Source: an uncultured bacterium
Lineage (GTDB): Bacteria; Fermentibacterota; Fermentibacteria; Fermentibacterales; JCC-6
NCBI GenBank assembly: GCA_964423505.1
Contig: CAYREX010000009.1
Location: 1 to 64,000, forward strand
Length of the DNA: 64,000 nucleotides
Direction of reading: 5' to 3'
In this document: positions 9,139-18,879 of the stretch, piece after piece
Numbering within the stretch: position 1 is the stretch's first letter
Layout of the letters: the number at the start of each line of letters is the position of its first letter
Translations under genes and position numbers: made by a program
The notes under the pieces: generated by a model
What the model was told of the DNA's origin: nothing
Databases searched by the model: none
The model's input: the letters and a program-made list of their open reading frames with translations, nothing else

Positions 9139-9155
9139 CAGCAGCCTGGCTGCTG
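9139..9155. other. Perfect 8-bp inverted repeat CAGCAGCC-T-GGCTGCTG downstream of the toxin gene
   Basis: Read directly; no T-tract follows, so not a canonical intrinsic terminator. Confidence 0.3.
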
Positions 9156-9442
9156 ATGCTGAGCGGCCTCATCGCATACCCCAATCGCGCCAGCCAGGAA
9201 GGGTACTGATCCAACCTCTGCCCTGGCATAACTCAGGCATCAGCCCGAGCAACCCTTTTCACCAGTTCGAACGCCGACATGCCCTGAGTACGACTGAGAG
9301 CACCTCCCGTTTTTCAACTGACCTCTCTGCCAGGTGGCTCCGTTGTCCGAGCGATTCGTGAAGCCGGATTTCATCCGACAGTCGCCCGCGGGGCCATGCC
9401 TGGTATGACCGTATCTGCTCTCATGTTTGGGCATCGCTACCG

Positions 9443-10939
9443 TTATCGGGGTATGGACTGGCCGGCGCGCAGCCGCTCCAGGATGTCCTCGTGGGCCTCG
9501 GCCCTCTCCTCCATGCCCAGCTCCCTGGCCAGGAGCGCCGCCTGCGCGTGGCCCTGGTAGCGGGCGAGGGAGCCCTGGGGGGAGATGACCGCCTGCCTCT
9601 CGAAGAGCTCCAGGGCGGTCTCGCTGTCGCCCATGTCCAGCGCCCTGAAGGCCAGCGAGCCCACGTAGAGGTTCTCGGGCACCTCTGGGACCGGGTAGAG
9701 CAGCGCGGGGACCATCAGCAGGAGGCCGGCGGCCGCCTGGAGGACCGCCCTGCGCCTGCTGCTGCCGAAAGCCCTCGCCAGGGCCGTCCAGCCGGAGGCC
9801 GCCGCGGCGAGCATCAGCGGGAGCACCGGAAGGAAGTACCTCTCGGAGTGGACGAAGAGGAGCGCCGCGAGGAGGGTGACCGCTATGGGCAGCATTATCA
9901 CCGTCCTGCCGCTGCCGCTCCTCAGGAAGGGCACCAGGCCGGCCAAAAAGAGCCCGACGATGAGCCACCGGGGCAGGACGAGGAGCCTCAGGACCGGGCT
10001 GAAACGACCGGCCCTGCCCATCTCGTAGTAGGTGTCGAAGGGCCTGGCGCCGAAGAAGCCCCCCAGCTTCGTCATCAGCAGCCTCAGCTCCTCCGCAGGG
10101 TGGGAGGCGGCCCACTCGAGGGCCCGTCCGGTCCAGAACCGGTCGGCCTCGGCCGTGGTTGTGTGGCCGCTGTCGGCGGCAACCCGGAGGGCGACCGAGT
10201 GTATGTCCCCCTGGCCGGTCTCCAGGAGGCCCCATGAGGGCGCCGGTGGGCCGTAGCCGGTGGCGTCCGGGTTGTGGCCCAGGGCGAGGTTCAGGCCGGT
10301 GGAGACCGGGAAGGGCCTGAAGTCGCCGCCCGCCCTGCGGCTGCGGTGCGCCAGGAAGATGAGCGGCGCCATCATGGAGCAGAGCCCGACGACCAGGAGG
10401 AGCCATCTCTTCCTGCGCACCCAGTAGGCAGCCGGGACCAGGAAGGACAGCAGAAGCGGCGGCCTGAGGCCGGCGGCGAGGCCGGGGAGGAGGCCCTGAG
10501 CCGCCGCCCTGAGAGGGTTCTCGTCGTGGGAGATGGTGACGCAGGTGAAGACGGCCATGAGCAGCGCCAGGAAGGCAACCGGGAGCAGCGTCAGCTCCAC
10601 GAGGACCAGGGGGGCGTATAGCGACGCGGCCAGGGAGGCGAGGAAGGAGGGTAGGGGGGAGGCGCCGGCCCTTCGGGCGAGCCTCATGGTGAGCACCGCC
10701 GTGAGGACGCCCGCGACGCTCTGGGCCGCGAAGACGCCGGCCCTGCCTGCTCCCGCCGCGTAGAAGGGGAGTATCAGGAACCGGTACAGCGGGCTGGCGT
10801 AGGTGAAGGGGCCGGCGTCCCCCGTCCCTCCGGCGAGGGCGATGGCCGCCTGCTCGAACTTCCTGCATGCCAGGACCGGCCAGTAGTGGAGCCTGGCCGA
10901 CGCCGAAGTCGCCCAGACCGCGAAGTGGGCCGTGCGCAC
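9443..10939 (-). CDS. Integral-membrane GT-C fold glycosyltransferase-like protein (GT39/ArnT-like) with C-terminal TPR
   Basis: 498 aa, more than 10 predicted TM helices, C-terminal TPR-like region; GTG start. Confidence 0.5.
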   Translation of the reverse strand: MRTAHFAVWATSASARLHYWPVLACRKFEQAAIALAGGTGDAGPFTYASPLYRFLILPFYAAGAGRAGVFAAQSVAGVLTAVLTMRLARRAGASPLPSFLASLAASLYAPLVLVELTLLPVAFLALLMAVFTCVTISHDENPLRAAAQGLLPGLAAGLRPPLLLSFLVPAAYWVRRKRWLLLVVGLCSMMAPLIFLAHRSRRAGGDFRPFPVSTGLNLALGHNPDATGYGPPAPSWGLLETGQGDIHSVALRVAADSGHTTTAEADRFWTGRALEWAASHPAEELRLLMTKLGGFFGARPFDTYYEMGRAGRFSPVLRLLVLPRWLIVGLFLAGLVPFLRSGSGRTVIMLPIAVTLLAALLFVHSERYFLPVLPLMLAAAASGWTALARAFGSSRRRAVLQAAAGLLLMVPALLYPVPEVPENLYVGSLAFRALDMGDSETALELFERQAVISPQGSLARYQGHAQAALLARELGMEERAEAHEDILERLRAGQSIPR

Positions 10940-11020
10940 CGCCAGGGCAACGACACCCGCTGCCAGCTCCAGTCTCGCCAGGCGCCGGTCGCCACCCGTC
11001 CGGTTCGTCGAGGCAGCCCC

Positions 11021-11671
11021 CTAGTTGACCACCAGCTCGGTGAGCTTCATGTCCAGCATCATCCCCCCGGGCATCTCCGTGACGTCCCTCACCATGCCCG
11101 TGCCCCTGTGCAGGTAGTGGTCCCAGTACCAGCCCGGCTCCGCCGTGTCCCTCTCGCGGACGAGGGCGCAGTTGTCGAAGGCGCCGTACGGCACGTTGAG
11201 ATAGGCGCTCAGGGTGATGACCTCGTAGTAGACCGTGCTGCCCGGCTGCTCCTGCCACTCCTCGGCAACGACAAGCGGGTAGCTCAGGAATAGCTCGTAG
11301 TCCGTGGAGACGGTGTCCGGGTAGTTGAGGAGCCCCTCCTCGGTCTCGCGCAGGTAGATGACGCTCGTGTCGCGCTCGACCCAGGTGGAGCCGGCATAGC
11401 TGAGGTTGAACTCCATCAGCGACTCCAGGAGGTGGACCTGGAAGCCTCCCTGGTGGTCGAGGAGGTCGGTGACCCGGCGGTCGATGGTGCCGGTTACGTC
11501 GATGGTGTCCTGCTCGGTAGCACCGATGGCCCAGCCCTCGATCTGCGCGTTCCAGACGTTGCCGACGGACAGGGGCATCCAGCTGTCAGCCTCCGAGGGG
11601 CCGGTGCCGTCGCCGTCGCCGCAGGCGACCAGGAGCGCCGCTGCCGACGTCAATGCGATCATGGCTCTCAT
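11021..11671 (-). CDS. Lipoprotein of unknown function
   Basis: Start MRAMIALTSAAALLVACGDG (lipobox LVAC) preceded by RBS GGAGGGAGAGGAAGC; the ORF-track upstream extension to 11998 was rejected. Confidence 0.6.
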   Translation of the reverse strand: MRAMIALTSAAALLVACGDGDGTGPSEADSWMPLSVGNVWNAQIEGWAIGATEQDTIDVTGTIDRRVTDLLDHQGGFQVHLLESLMEFNLSYAGSTWVERDTSVIYLRETEEGLLNYPDTVSTDYELFLSYPLVVAEEWQEQPGSTVYYEVITLSAYLNVPYGAFDNCALVRERDTAEPGWYWDHYLHRGTGMVRDVTEMPGGMMLDMKLTELVVN

Positions 11672-11807
11672 GCTTCCTCTCCCTCCCGCCGCCGCTGCCT
11701 CGGCGGCCGTCTCACTATAACCAGAGAGGGGAGGGGGTACTAGCGCCCCGGTGGCGGTCGGCTTAGTATTCTCTCCGGGAGATGTCCAGAAAAGCTTGGA
11801 GGGTGCC

Positions 11808-14039
11808 ATGAGAGTCATTGCCGCTGCATGTCTGGTCCTGCCGGCCGCCCTTGCGGCCTGGCCGTCCTCGCTGCCGGGAGCCACCAACCCGCCGGAGGAG
11901 CCGATGCCGGTGACCGAGTACCTGGTGGACCAGGTGACCCGCTGCCCCGGGGGTGTGCCGGAGAGGGAGATGGTCTCCAGCCTCTCCAGGGATACCATCC
12001 CTCCGGAGTACGATCTGGTGGACGTGCTGGAGGAGGCCGTCTACGTGACCCCGGGCGACGAGTACGTGGTGGTGTTCGACCACTCCGAGGAGTCGCTGTC
12101 GGACACCCTGGTGCCCTACGAGCTGACCGCTCTGGCCTGGGACGCGGTGGAAGCCGCTCCCGGCTGGATGGAGGAGGACCTTGTCTGGGCCTTCCACCTG
12201 CTCTCCGAGGACAACCAGGACCGCTACGCCGAGGTGATACTGGACGTCGAGGACTCCCGGGTGATGGACGAGGTGGCCTTCCAGGTGGCGCACCTCTCGT
12301 GGACCAACATTGCCAATCCCTCCTGGGACGAGACCCTGCTGGAGAACAACGCGAACTGGATATACGAGATAGAGGACGACCTGCAGTACGTGCGGGTGAA
12401 CGACTACGGTGGCGATGACTACTACAGCACGACGGAGTACAGGTTCCTGGAGGGCACCGACGACACGGTGTGGGTGGAGATACCGCAGGAGATCTACTAC
12501 TGGTGGATAGTCATGCCGAAGGTCTCCGACGAGCTGCCGCTGCAGGACTCCTCGGTCTACGGCTACTTCTGGAGGGAGTACCTGTACACGCAGCACGACT
12601 CCGGCTACCCGCTCCTCTCCGAGGTCATGGCGCCGGTGGAGGTGCTGTGGGACGGCCTGGAGTACAACTGGGCCGGGGGCAGGCCGTTCACCGACGACAT
12701 GATGGCGGTTGACGCCATAGGCAACTGGTGCTCGGAGACCGTGCCCTACGCCGCCTCGGGGAACAGGCCCATACAGCCCAACGTCATAGCCCACGAGCAC
12801 GACGGCAACTGCGGCGAGCTGCAGGACCTGCTCTCCGCCGCCTGCAGGACCTGTCTGGTGCCGGCCCTCTGCACCATGGACATCCTGGAGGACCACGTCT
12901 GGTGCGAGATGTGGTGGGACGGCGAGTGGGTGCCGTACCAGGTGGAGCTGGGCGGCAACCGGACACAGATAAACAACCCGGGCATCGCCTACGACGCGGA
13001 TATGGGCGGCTCCAAGGAGTGCTCCTGCATCTGGGACTGGAGGAACGACGGCTGGAGCTGGCAGTCCATCGCCACCTACTCGCAGACCTGCACGCTCACG
13101 GTGGTCATCCGGGACTCCACCGGGGCCCCGGTGGACCACGCCAGGGTATCGATCGGCAGCGAGTCCTACTACCCGCCGTACAACGTCTCCAGGGGCACCT
13201 GGGCTGTCACCGACAGGCAGGGTGCGGCGACCTTCATCCTCGGCAACAACCAGAACTACTACGTCAGCATAGCCTCCCCGCTCGGCAACTACCCGGCCAG
13301 CGGCTGGGGGACGCTCATCGAGGACAGCGAGGCGGGGGAGCACTACCTCTGGGAGTGGACCACGCCGGACTCCGTGCCGGTGCCCGACGTCTCGGCCGAG
13401 ACAGAGGGGGAGATGACCGCCTACTTGCTGGAGGTGGAGTACGAGCTGCCCTTCGACGTGCAGCACGACCGCGACTTCTACGCCAACCCGAGGAACGAGT
13501 ACGCGCGGAGGCTCGAGGACGGCGTGCTCCGGCACTTCGTGGTGGACGGCACCAATCTCCAGGCCTACCTGGACGACCAGCCCTTCCAGGCGCTGGACCT
13601 GGTCGAGGGCGCCGGCGAGGCCAGGGTGCTCTGCTACCCCCGCTGGCAGAGGGACCGCTACGTGGTCCTCTCCGGCCGGTCCAACATCGGCCTCTCCACG
13701 ATGGCCGAGGTGAGCGTCAGCCTCTGGAGGCACGACGGCACCGGGGTGGAGGGCGCTGCGCCCCACGACCCGGCCGTATCCGCCGGTCCGAACCCCACGA
13801 CCGGCAGCTACTCGGTGAGCTTCGCCACCGCCTCCGCCGGGAAGGCGGTCCTCTCGGTCTACGACCTCGCAGGGAGGATGGTGGCCTCCGTGGAGAGCGG
13901 CGAGCTGGAGCCCGGCTCCCACCGGATCTCGTGGGACGGGACCGACTGGTCCGGCTCCCCCGCCTCCCGCGGCACCTACCTGGTGCGGCTCAGCGCTCCC
14001 GGGGTGCGGCACACCGGGAGGCTCCTGCTGCTGAGGTAG
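11808..14039 (+). CDS. Secreted transglutaminase-like cysteine peptidase domain protein with T9SS-type C-terminal sorting domain
   Basis: Signal peptide MRVIAAACLVLPAALAAWP; transglutaminase core GNCGELQDLLSAACRTCLVPA...DHVWCEMWWDGEWVPYQ (Cys-His-Asp); C-terminal AVLSVYDLAGRMVAS...SWDG...GTYLVRL tail shared with three other proteins in the window. Confidence 0.7.
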   Translation: MRVIAAACLVLPAALAAWPSSLPGATNPPEEPMPVTEYLVDQVTRCPGGVPEREMVSSLSRDTIPPEYDLVDVLEEAVYVTPGDEYVVVFDHSEESLSDTLVPYELTALAWDAVEAAPGWMEEDLVWAFHLLSEDNQDRYAEVILDVEDSRVMDEVAFQVAHLSWTNIANPSWDETLLENNANWIYEIEDDLQYVRVNDYGGDDYYSTTEYRFLEGTDDTVWVEIPQEIYYWWIVMPKVSDELPLQDSSVYGYFWREYLYTQHDSGYPLLSEVMAPVEVLWDGLEYNWAGGRPFTDDMMAVDAIGNWCSETVPYAASGNRPIQPNVIAHEHDGNCGELQDLLSAACRTCLVPALCTMDILEDHVWCEMWWDGEWVPYQVELGGNRTQINNPGIAYDADMGGSKECSCIWDWRNDGWSWQSIATYSQTCTLTVVIRDSTGAPVDHARVSIGSESYYPPYNVSRGTWAVTDRQGAATFILGNNQNYYVSIASPLGNYPASGWGTLIEDSEAGEHYLWEWTTPDSVPVPDVSAETEGEMTAYLLEVEYELPFDVQHDRDFYANPRNEYARRLEDGVLRHFVVDGTNLQAYLDDQPFQALDLVEGAGEARVLCYPRWQRDRYVVLSGRSNIGLSTMAEVSVSLWRHDGTGVEGAAPHDPAVSAGPNPTTGSYSVSFATASAGKAVLSVYDLAGRMVASVESGELEPGSHRISWDGTDWSGSPASRGTYLVRLSAPGVRHTGRLLLLR

Positions 14040-14166
14040 GGAGCGGTTGGCTCGCCGCGGGCCGGTCCCCGGAGGCTCCAGCTACCTCTACGTCGTGCTG
14101 CTCTCCGGCGGGGAGGGCGGCGCCGCGGGGGAGCCCACCGGCAGGGGCCGTGTCAGGGTAGGACGC

Positions 14167-14691
14167 ATGTCCGACGTGCGCGATACGCGGACGATTCTCC
14201 GCAGGTGCAGGTACAGGGGCGCGAGGAAGCTGCTCCGCGAGCACACCAGGCGGTACGAGGGCGACGGCGTGCGCTCACGGCACGAGGTGGGTCTGGCCCT
14301 GGAGAGGGAGCTGGCCGGGAGGCTGCGCAGGGAGGGGTGGACGGTGGCGAACCCACCTCCGGCGGCGGACTGCCACGTCTACGTAATAGAGGTGGACCCC
14401 GCGGTGCGGACCCACCGGGCCGTCAGGAGGGCCAACCCGGGGGCCGACCCCTCGAAGGCCTGCCTCTACGTCGGGAGGACGTCGCGGACCCCGGAGGAGC
14501 GCTTCCGGGAGCACCATGAGGGCGGCGGCCGGAAGAGGGGCGGCAGGCACCTCCGCGGCAGGTGCCTCAGGCTGCGGGAGGACATCTACGCGGTCTTCAA
14601 CCCGATGCCGGCGCTGGAGTCCTACGTGATGGAGCGGGAGCTGGCGGAGGACCTGCGCGCGGCGGGGCACACGGTGCTGGGGGGGCACTGA
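14167..14691 (+). CDS. GIY-YIG nuclease domain protein
   Basis: HVYVIEVD...LYVGRTSRTPEERFREH matches the GIY...YIG...R...H motif; Arg-rich; start chosen at MSDVRD. Confidence 0.5.
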   Translation: MSDVRDTRTILRRCRYRGARKLLREHTRRYEGDGVRSRHEVGLALERELAGRLRREGWTVANPPPAADCHVYVIEVDPAVRTHRAVRRANPGADPSKACLYVGRTSRTPEERFREHHEGGGRKRGGRHLRGRCLRLREDIYAVFNPMPALESYVMERELAEDLRAAGHTVLGGH

Positions 14692-14692
14692 G

Positions 14693-15046
14693 CTACTTCG
14701 GCGTCCCCTCGATGGCGCTGCTCACCATGCCCAGCACGACAAGGCCGGTCATCACCAGGGCGATGATGAGGGCGGCCTTCGCCCTGCGCGGGTACTCGCC
14801 CCTGTAGAGGAAGTAGAGAATCCAGGCAAGCGGGAAGAAGAAGAAGCAGAGGCATCCCAGTGCGGGGTTCAGGCGGTCCGGCGAGCGCTCGTGGTAGTGG
14901 TGGTGGACCTCCCTGACCACCCCCTGCTCCTCCGGCTTCCAGGTGGGGTCCAGCTCGCTCCTGTGGAACCGGGAGCCGCAGTACTCGCAGGCAAAGGTGT
15001 CGCCTTCCGGCGACGCTATCTGCGCGCTGCAGTTGGGGCACTTCAT
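14693..15046 (-). CDS. Zinc-ribbon (CPNC...CEYC) membrane protein
   Basis: 117 aa; N-terminal CxxC...CxxC, His-rich HHHYHER segment, two predicted TM helices. Confidence 0.45.
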   Translation of the reverse strand: MKCPNCSAQIASPEGDTFACEYCGSRFHRSELDPTWKPEEQGVVREVHHHYHERSPDRLNPALGCLCFFFFPLAWILYFLYRGEYPRRAKAALIIALVMTGLVVLGMVSSAIEGTPK

Positions 15047-15163
15047 CTGGTCCTCCGCTGGTGGTGTCTAACCCTCCCTCCGGCGCCCGATAATGTCCCC
15101 GCGGGGAGGCCCCTGGCAAGCGCCCGGCGTTGTCCGCCGGCCACCGGCCGGCTATCGTTCGGC

Positions 15164-16831
15164 ATGCGCGGAGACCTCGGCACGCTGCTGGCCATGAAGG
15201 CCGCCTCCCTGCGGGGAGGGCTGGCCTCCGAGTGGTCCGACAACCGGCTGAAGCTGCTGGCCGGCGGGGTGACCGTTCTGCTGGTGGTGCCCGGGGTGTA
15301 CCTGCTCTTCGACTTCCTCTTCGGCTACATCTACGGGCTGGAGTCGACCTTCCCCGGCTTCGGAGAGGCGCTCTCCAGGCGGCTGCTGCACATGACCCTG
15401 CTCTCCTTCGGGGTGTTCATAGCCATATCCAGCTTCATAAGCGGCTTCGCCGTCCTCTTCCGCTCCGGGGAGACCGGCTTCCTGCTGACCCTGCCGGTGG
15501 CGGACAGGGACGTGGCCGTCTTCCGTACGGCGGAGAGCTGGCTCTACGCCGGCTGGGCCTCGGTGCTTCTAGGGCTCCCGGTCGTGGTGGCCTTCGTGCT
15601 CTCGCTCGGACTCGGGACGGCGGCGACCGTGACGTCGGTGGTGCTCTTCCTCCCGATGGTCGTGACCTGGGTTGCCGCAGGGTCGGTGCTCCTGGCCCTG
15701 GCGGTGCGGATAGGGGGGGAGGGAGGCCTCTGGAGGTCGACCATCCTGCTCGCCCTGCTGGTGGGGGCGGCCATAGCGCTGGTGCTCAGCGGCTCCGGCC
15801 CCTCCTCCATCCTGGCCACCGACAGCTCCTCCCTGGAGGCGATACACAGGTTCGTGGCGGGGCTCCCGACGGCCGGAGGATTCCTCTGGCCCCACTCCCT
15901 CTACGGCGAGGCCATGCTCCTGGCCTCCGAGGGGAGCGTGGGGGCGCTGGCCCCCGCCGGCCTGCTGCTCCTGCAGGTGCTCCTGCTAGGAGGCATCGCC
16001 CTGGCCCTACTCGCCGGGGGCTTCCGCAGGAGGTTCGCCGCCGTCTCCGCTGTCCGCTCCAGGAGCCGGACCAGCAGGCTGATGCTGCGCCGGGGGAGCC
16101 GGATGAGGGCCATGTACGAGAAGGACCTGCTCCTCTTCGTGCGGGACCCGGTGCAGTGGAGCCAGCTCGCGCTCCTGGCCGGGCTCTTCCTGCTCTACGC
16201 CGCCAACCTCGGGCGATTCCCCATGGACATAGGCCACCCGCTCTGGTCCACCGTCCTCGCCTACCTGAACTTCGCCTTCTCCTGCTTCGTGACCGCGACC
16301 CTGCTGGTCCGGTTCACCTTCCCGGCGGTGAGCCTCGAGGCGGACGGGCTGCCATACCTGCTCCAGCTGCCCCGGGGCCGGAGCCTGATGATGCGGGCGA
16401 AGTGGAACGAGGCGGCGGGGCTGATACTGCCGCTGATGCTTGGTACCGGGCTCTACACCACGGTCACCATAGGGGCCGGGCCGGTGACGGCGGTATCCAC
16501 CACGATGGCTCTCCTGCTCATGTGCCTGGCGCTCGTAAGCATAAACGTAGGGCTGGGGGCTGTCTTCCCCAGGTTCAGGAAGGGGAGCGGCGCCAGCATC
16601 GCCAGCGGACAGGGCGGCATAATCGCCGCCTTCGCCTCCATGGGATACGTCCTCCTGGCGGTGACCGTGCTGGGTGGGGTCGTCAGGACCGGCTTTCCCG
16701 CCGCGGGGACGGAGACCTACATGGTCAGGCCCATGGCCTGGGCGCTGCTCTTCCTCGTGGTGGTGACGGCCGGCGTCTCCACCCTCTCGATGGGGCTCTC
16801 CCTCCGGAGCTTCGAGAGGAGAGACTTCTGA
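15164..16831 (+). CDS. Polytopic membrane protein, possibly an ABC-2-type permease or exporter
   Basis: 555 aa, at least 10 hydrophobic segments; start refined to MRGDLGTLLAMKAASL. Confidence 0.4.
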   Translation: MRGDLGTLLAMKAASLRGGLASEWSDNRLKLLAGGVTVLLVVPGVYLLFDFLFGYIYGLESTFPGFGEALSRRLLHMTLLSFGVFIAISSFISGFAVLFRSGETGFLLTLPVADRDVAVFRTAESWLYAGWASVLLGLPVVVAFVLSLGLGTAATVTSVVLFLPMVVTWVAAGSVLLALAVRIGGEGGLWRSTILLALLVGAAIALVLSGSGPSSILATDSSSLEAIHRFVAGLPTAGGFLWPHSLYGEAMLLASEGSVGALAPAGLLLLQVLLLGGIALALLAGGFRRRFAAVSAVRSRSRTSRLMLRRGSRMRAMYEKDLLLFVRDPVQWSQLALLAGLFLLYAANLGRFPMDIGHPLWSTVLAYLNFAFSCFVTATLLVRFTFPAVSLEADGLPYLLQLPRGRSLMMRAKWNEAAGLILPLMLGTGLYTTVTIGAGPVTAVSTTMALLLMCLALVSINVGLGAVFPRFRKGSGASIASGQGGIIAAFASMGYVLLAVTVLGGVVRTGFPAAGTETYMVRPMAWALLFLVVVTAGVSTLSMGLSLRSFERRDF

Positions 16832-16833
16832 GC

Positions 16834-17223
16834 GTGGGCGTCAGGGTCGCGGTGGGGCTGGACTACGGCCGGGAGCGGACCGGCGTGGCCGTGATGCTGG
16901 CCGGGGTGGTGGTGCCGCAGGAGCCCATACTCCGGAGCACCTGGACCGGAATCCTGGAGCGGCTGGAGCGGCTCCGGGAGGAGCACGGCGAGCTCCTCGC
17001 GGTCGTCGGGCTGCCGCTCACCGCATCGGGCAGGCGCACGGAGCTCACCGGCGAGGTGGAGGCGCTGGCCGCCTGGCTGGGCGAGAGGGGTGTCGAGGTC
17101 CACCTGCAGGATGAGGTGGGGACAACCGCGGAGGCCGCGCTCATGGGCGGCGACGGACGAGACGGGAGGCTGGACTCGATGGCCGCGGCTGTGATACTCA
17201 AGCGCTACCTGGGGATGCCGTGA
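16834..17223 (+). CDS. ruvX: Holliday-junction resolvase-like pre-16S rRNA nuclease YqgF/RuvX
   Basis: VAVGLDYGRERTGVAV N-terminal motif, ~130 aa; GTG start immediately after the upstream stop. Confidence 0.7.
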   Translation: MGVRVAVGLDYGRERTGVAVMLAGVVVPQEPILRSTWTGILERLERLREEHGELLAVVGLPLTASGRRTELTGEVEALAAWLGERGVEVHLQDEVGTTAEAALMGGDGRDGRLDSMAAAVILKRYLGMP

Positions 17224-18233
17224 GGAGGCGGAGGTGGGCCTGGCTCGCCGCCGGGCTCCTTCTACTGGCGGTCCTGGCCCTGCTGGCCGGGTACCTCTGG
17301 TGCAGCCGTCCGCCGGGGAGGGGCCGGGAGTGCCGGCTCACCGTCGAGAGCGGCTGGGGGGTCCGGAGGATAGCCGAGGCGCTTGCCGACTCCGGGCTGG
17401 TCCGCTGCCCCGTCTACGTGCTCTACCGGTACTCCGCCCTGCAGGCGTCCCCGCCGCTGCAGGCCGGCACGTACGCGCTGGACGACGGCATGACCGCCGA
17501 CTCCATCCTGCTGACGATGGTCCGGGGAGACGTGGTCCCGACGCCGACCTCCTGGCTGACGCTCACCCCCGGCCTGACCCTGCCCCGGTCGCTGGACCTG
17601 GTCTCGGCCCAGCTCGGCCTCTCCCGGGCGGAGCTCGACTCCCTCGCATCGGACAGCGCCTTCCTCCGGGAGCTGGGCGTCCCCGGCCTGGAGGGATACC
17701 TGTTCCCCGAGACCTACGAGATGGCCGACTCGCTCAAGGCTCCGGAGGTGCTGGCAAGGGTGGTGGAGACCGGCATGAGGCGCTGGCCCGACGCCCTACG
17801 GGGGGACTCGTGCCCGAACGGCCTCTCGGCGGAGGAGACCGTCGTACTGGCCTCCATCGTGGAGAGGGAGGCGGCCGTGGACGGGGAGAGGCCTGTCATC
17901 GCGGGGGTCTTCCTCTCCAGGCTTCGCAGGGGGATGAGGCTGGAGAGCTGCGCCACGGTGCAGTACGCCCTTGGGGAGGTGAGGGAGCGGCTGCTCTACA
18001 GCGACCTCTCCGTGGAGAGCCCATACAACACCTACCGGGTGTCCGGTCTGCCGCCGGGACCCATATGCTCCCCGGGGCTCCCCTCCATCGAGGCGGCCTG
18101 TTCACCGGACACCGCCGGCGGTTACCTCTACTTCGTGAGCCGGGGAGACGGCAGCGGGACGCACCTGTTCGCGGCCACCCACGCCGGCCACATGGCCAAC
18201 AGGAGGGCTGTCTCGCGCGGGTCTGCGGATTGA
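17220..18233 (+). CDS. mltG: Endolytic murein transglycosylase MltG (YceG family)
   Basis: N-terminal TM helix, then ...LEGYLFPETY..., ...SIVEREA..., YNTYRVSGLPPGPICSPG YceG motifs. Confidence 0.8.
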   Translation: MRRRRWAWLAAGLLLLAVLALLAGYLWCSRPPGRGRECRLTVESGWGVRRIAEALADSGLVRCPVYVLYRYSALQASPPLQAGTYALDDGMTADSILLTMVRGDVVPTPTSWLTLTPGLTLPRSLDLVSAQLGLSRAELDSLASDSAFLRELGVPGLEGYLFPETYEMADSLKAPEVLARVVETGMRRWPDALRGDSCPNGLSAEETVVLASIVEREAAVDGERPVIAGVFLSRLRRGMRLESCATVQYALGEVRERLLYSDLSVESPYNTYRVSGLPPGPICSPGLPSIEAACSPDTAGGYLYFVSRGDGSGTHLFAATHAGHMANRRAVSRGSAD

Positions 18234-18304
18234 CGCGGGGGTACTGCGTCATATGCTTTCGATCATGGGGAGCGCCCACATACAGCCATATGGGAGGAGC
18301 GGGA

Positions 18305-18829
18305 ATGGGTGAGGGCAGGAAGCTCGGATTCCTCGAGAAGGCCATACGGCTCATACCGGGTTACAAAGGCTACAAGAGCAAGGAGGAGCGCCGCGACAAC
18401 GACCAGCTCTTCAGGATGCAGCTGGTAGAGAGGCTCGAGGCCCTGCGGAAGCGCGTTTACGGCTTCGCGGCCGACATGAAGGGTCCCGCGGCCCTCTCCG
18501 CCGTCGGCGGGCTGGACAGGGTGCACAAGAAGCTGGAGAAGGCAGCGGACGAGATACGCTTCGCGGACAGGGGATACCGCGGCTGGTTCGACATGCACAA
18601 GGTCCGGGAGGAGGAGCTGGACGATCTCTACGCCTTCGACGTCGCCCTCGCGGAGGACGTCGAGCGCATAGAGGAGGCGGTCGCCTCGCTGGAGGCCGCC
18701 GCGGCCGCCGGCACCGACCTCTCCGGCTCCATCCGGGAGATGGTCGGGCTGCTGGACGACCTCAGCTCGAAGATGAACTCCCGCAGCCAGCTGATGATAG
18801 ACCTGGAGAAGAACACGCCGGTCGACTAG
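18305..18829 (+). CDS. Hypothetical alpha-helical protein
   Basis: 174 aa; RBS GGGAGGAG 5 nt upstream of the ATG; coiled-coil-like composition. Confidence 0.4.
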   Translation: MGEGRKLGFLEKAIRLIPGYKGYKSKEERRDNDQLFRMQLVERLEALRKRVYGFAADMKGPAALSAVGGLDRVHKKLEKAADEIRFADRGYRGWFDMHKVREEELDDLYAFDVALAEDVERIEEAVASLEAAAAAGTDLSGSIREMVGLLDDLSSKMNSRSQLMIDLEKNTPVD

Positions 18830-18879
18830 CGGGTCGCCGGGGACCGAGGCCGATGCACTCGGCGGAAGGATGATCAGGG

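Noticed and set aside
9074-9361. 95-aa ORF in the low-GC islet after the toxin gene
   Set aside because: No RBS, overlaps the toxin gene's 3' end, and the translation is not protein-like. The region is better treated as non-coding remnant.
9240-11258. 672-aa minus-strand ORF spanning the GT39-like gene region
   Set aside because: Gly/Arg/Pro-rich and out of frame with the convincing 9443..10939 membrane protein.
11763-14012. 749-aa ORF antisense to the transglutaminase-like gene
   Set aside because: Shadow ORF in high-GC DNA; the plus-strand gene has a signal peptide, a catalytic triad and a T9SS tail.
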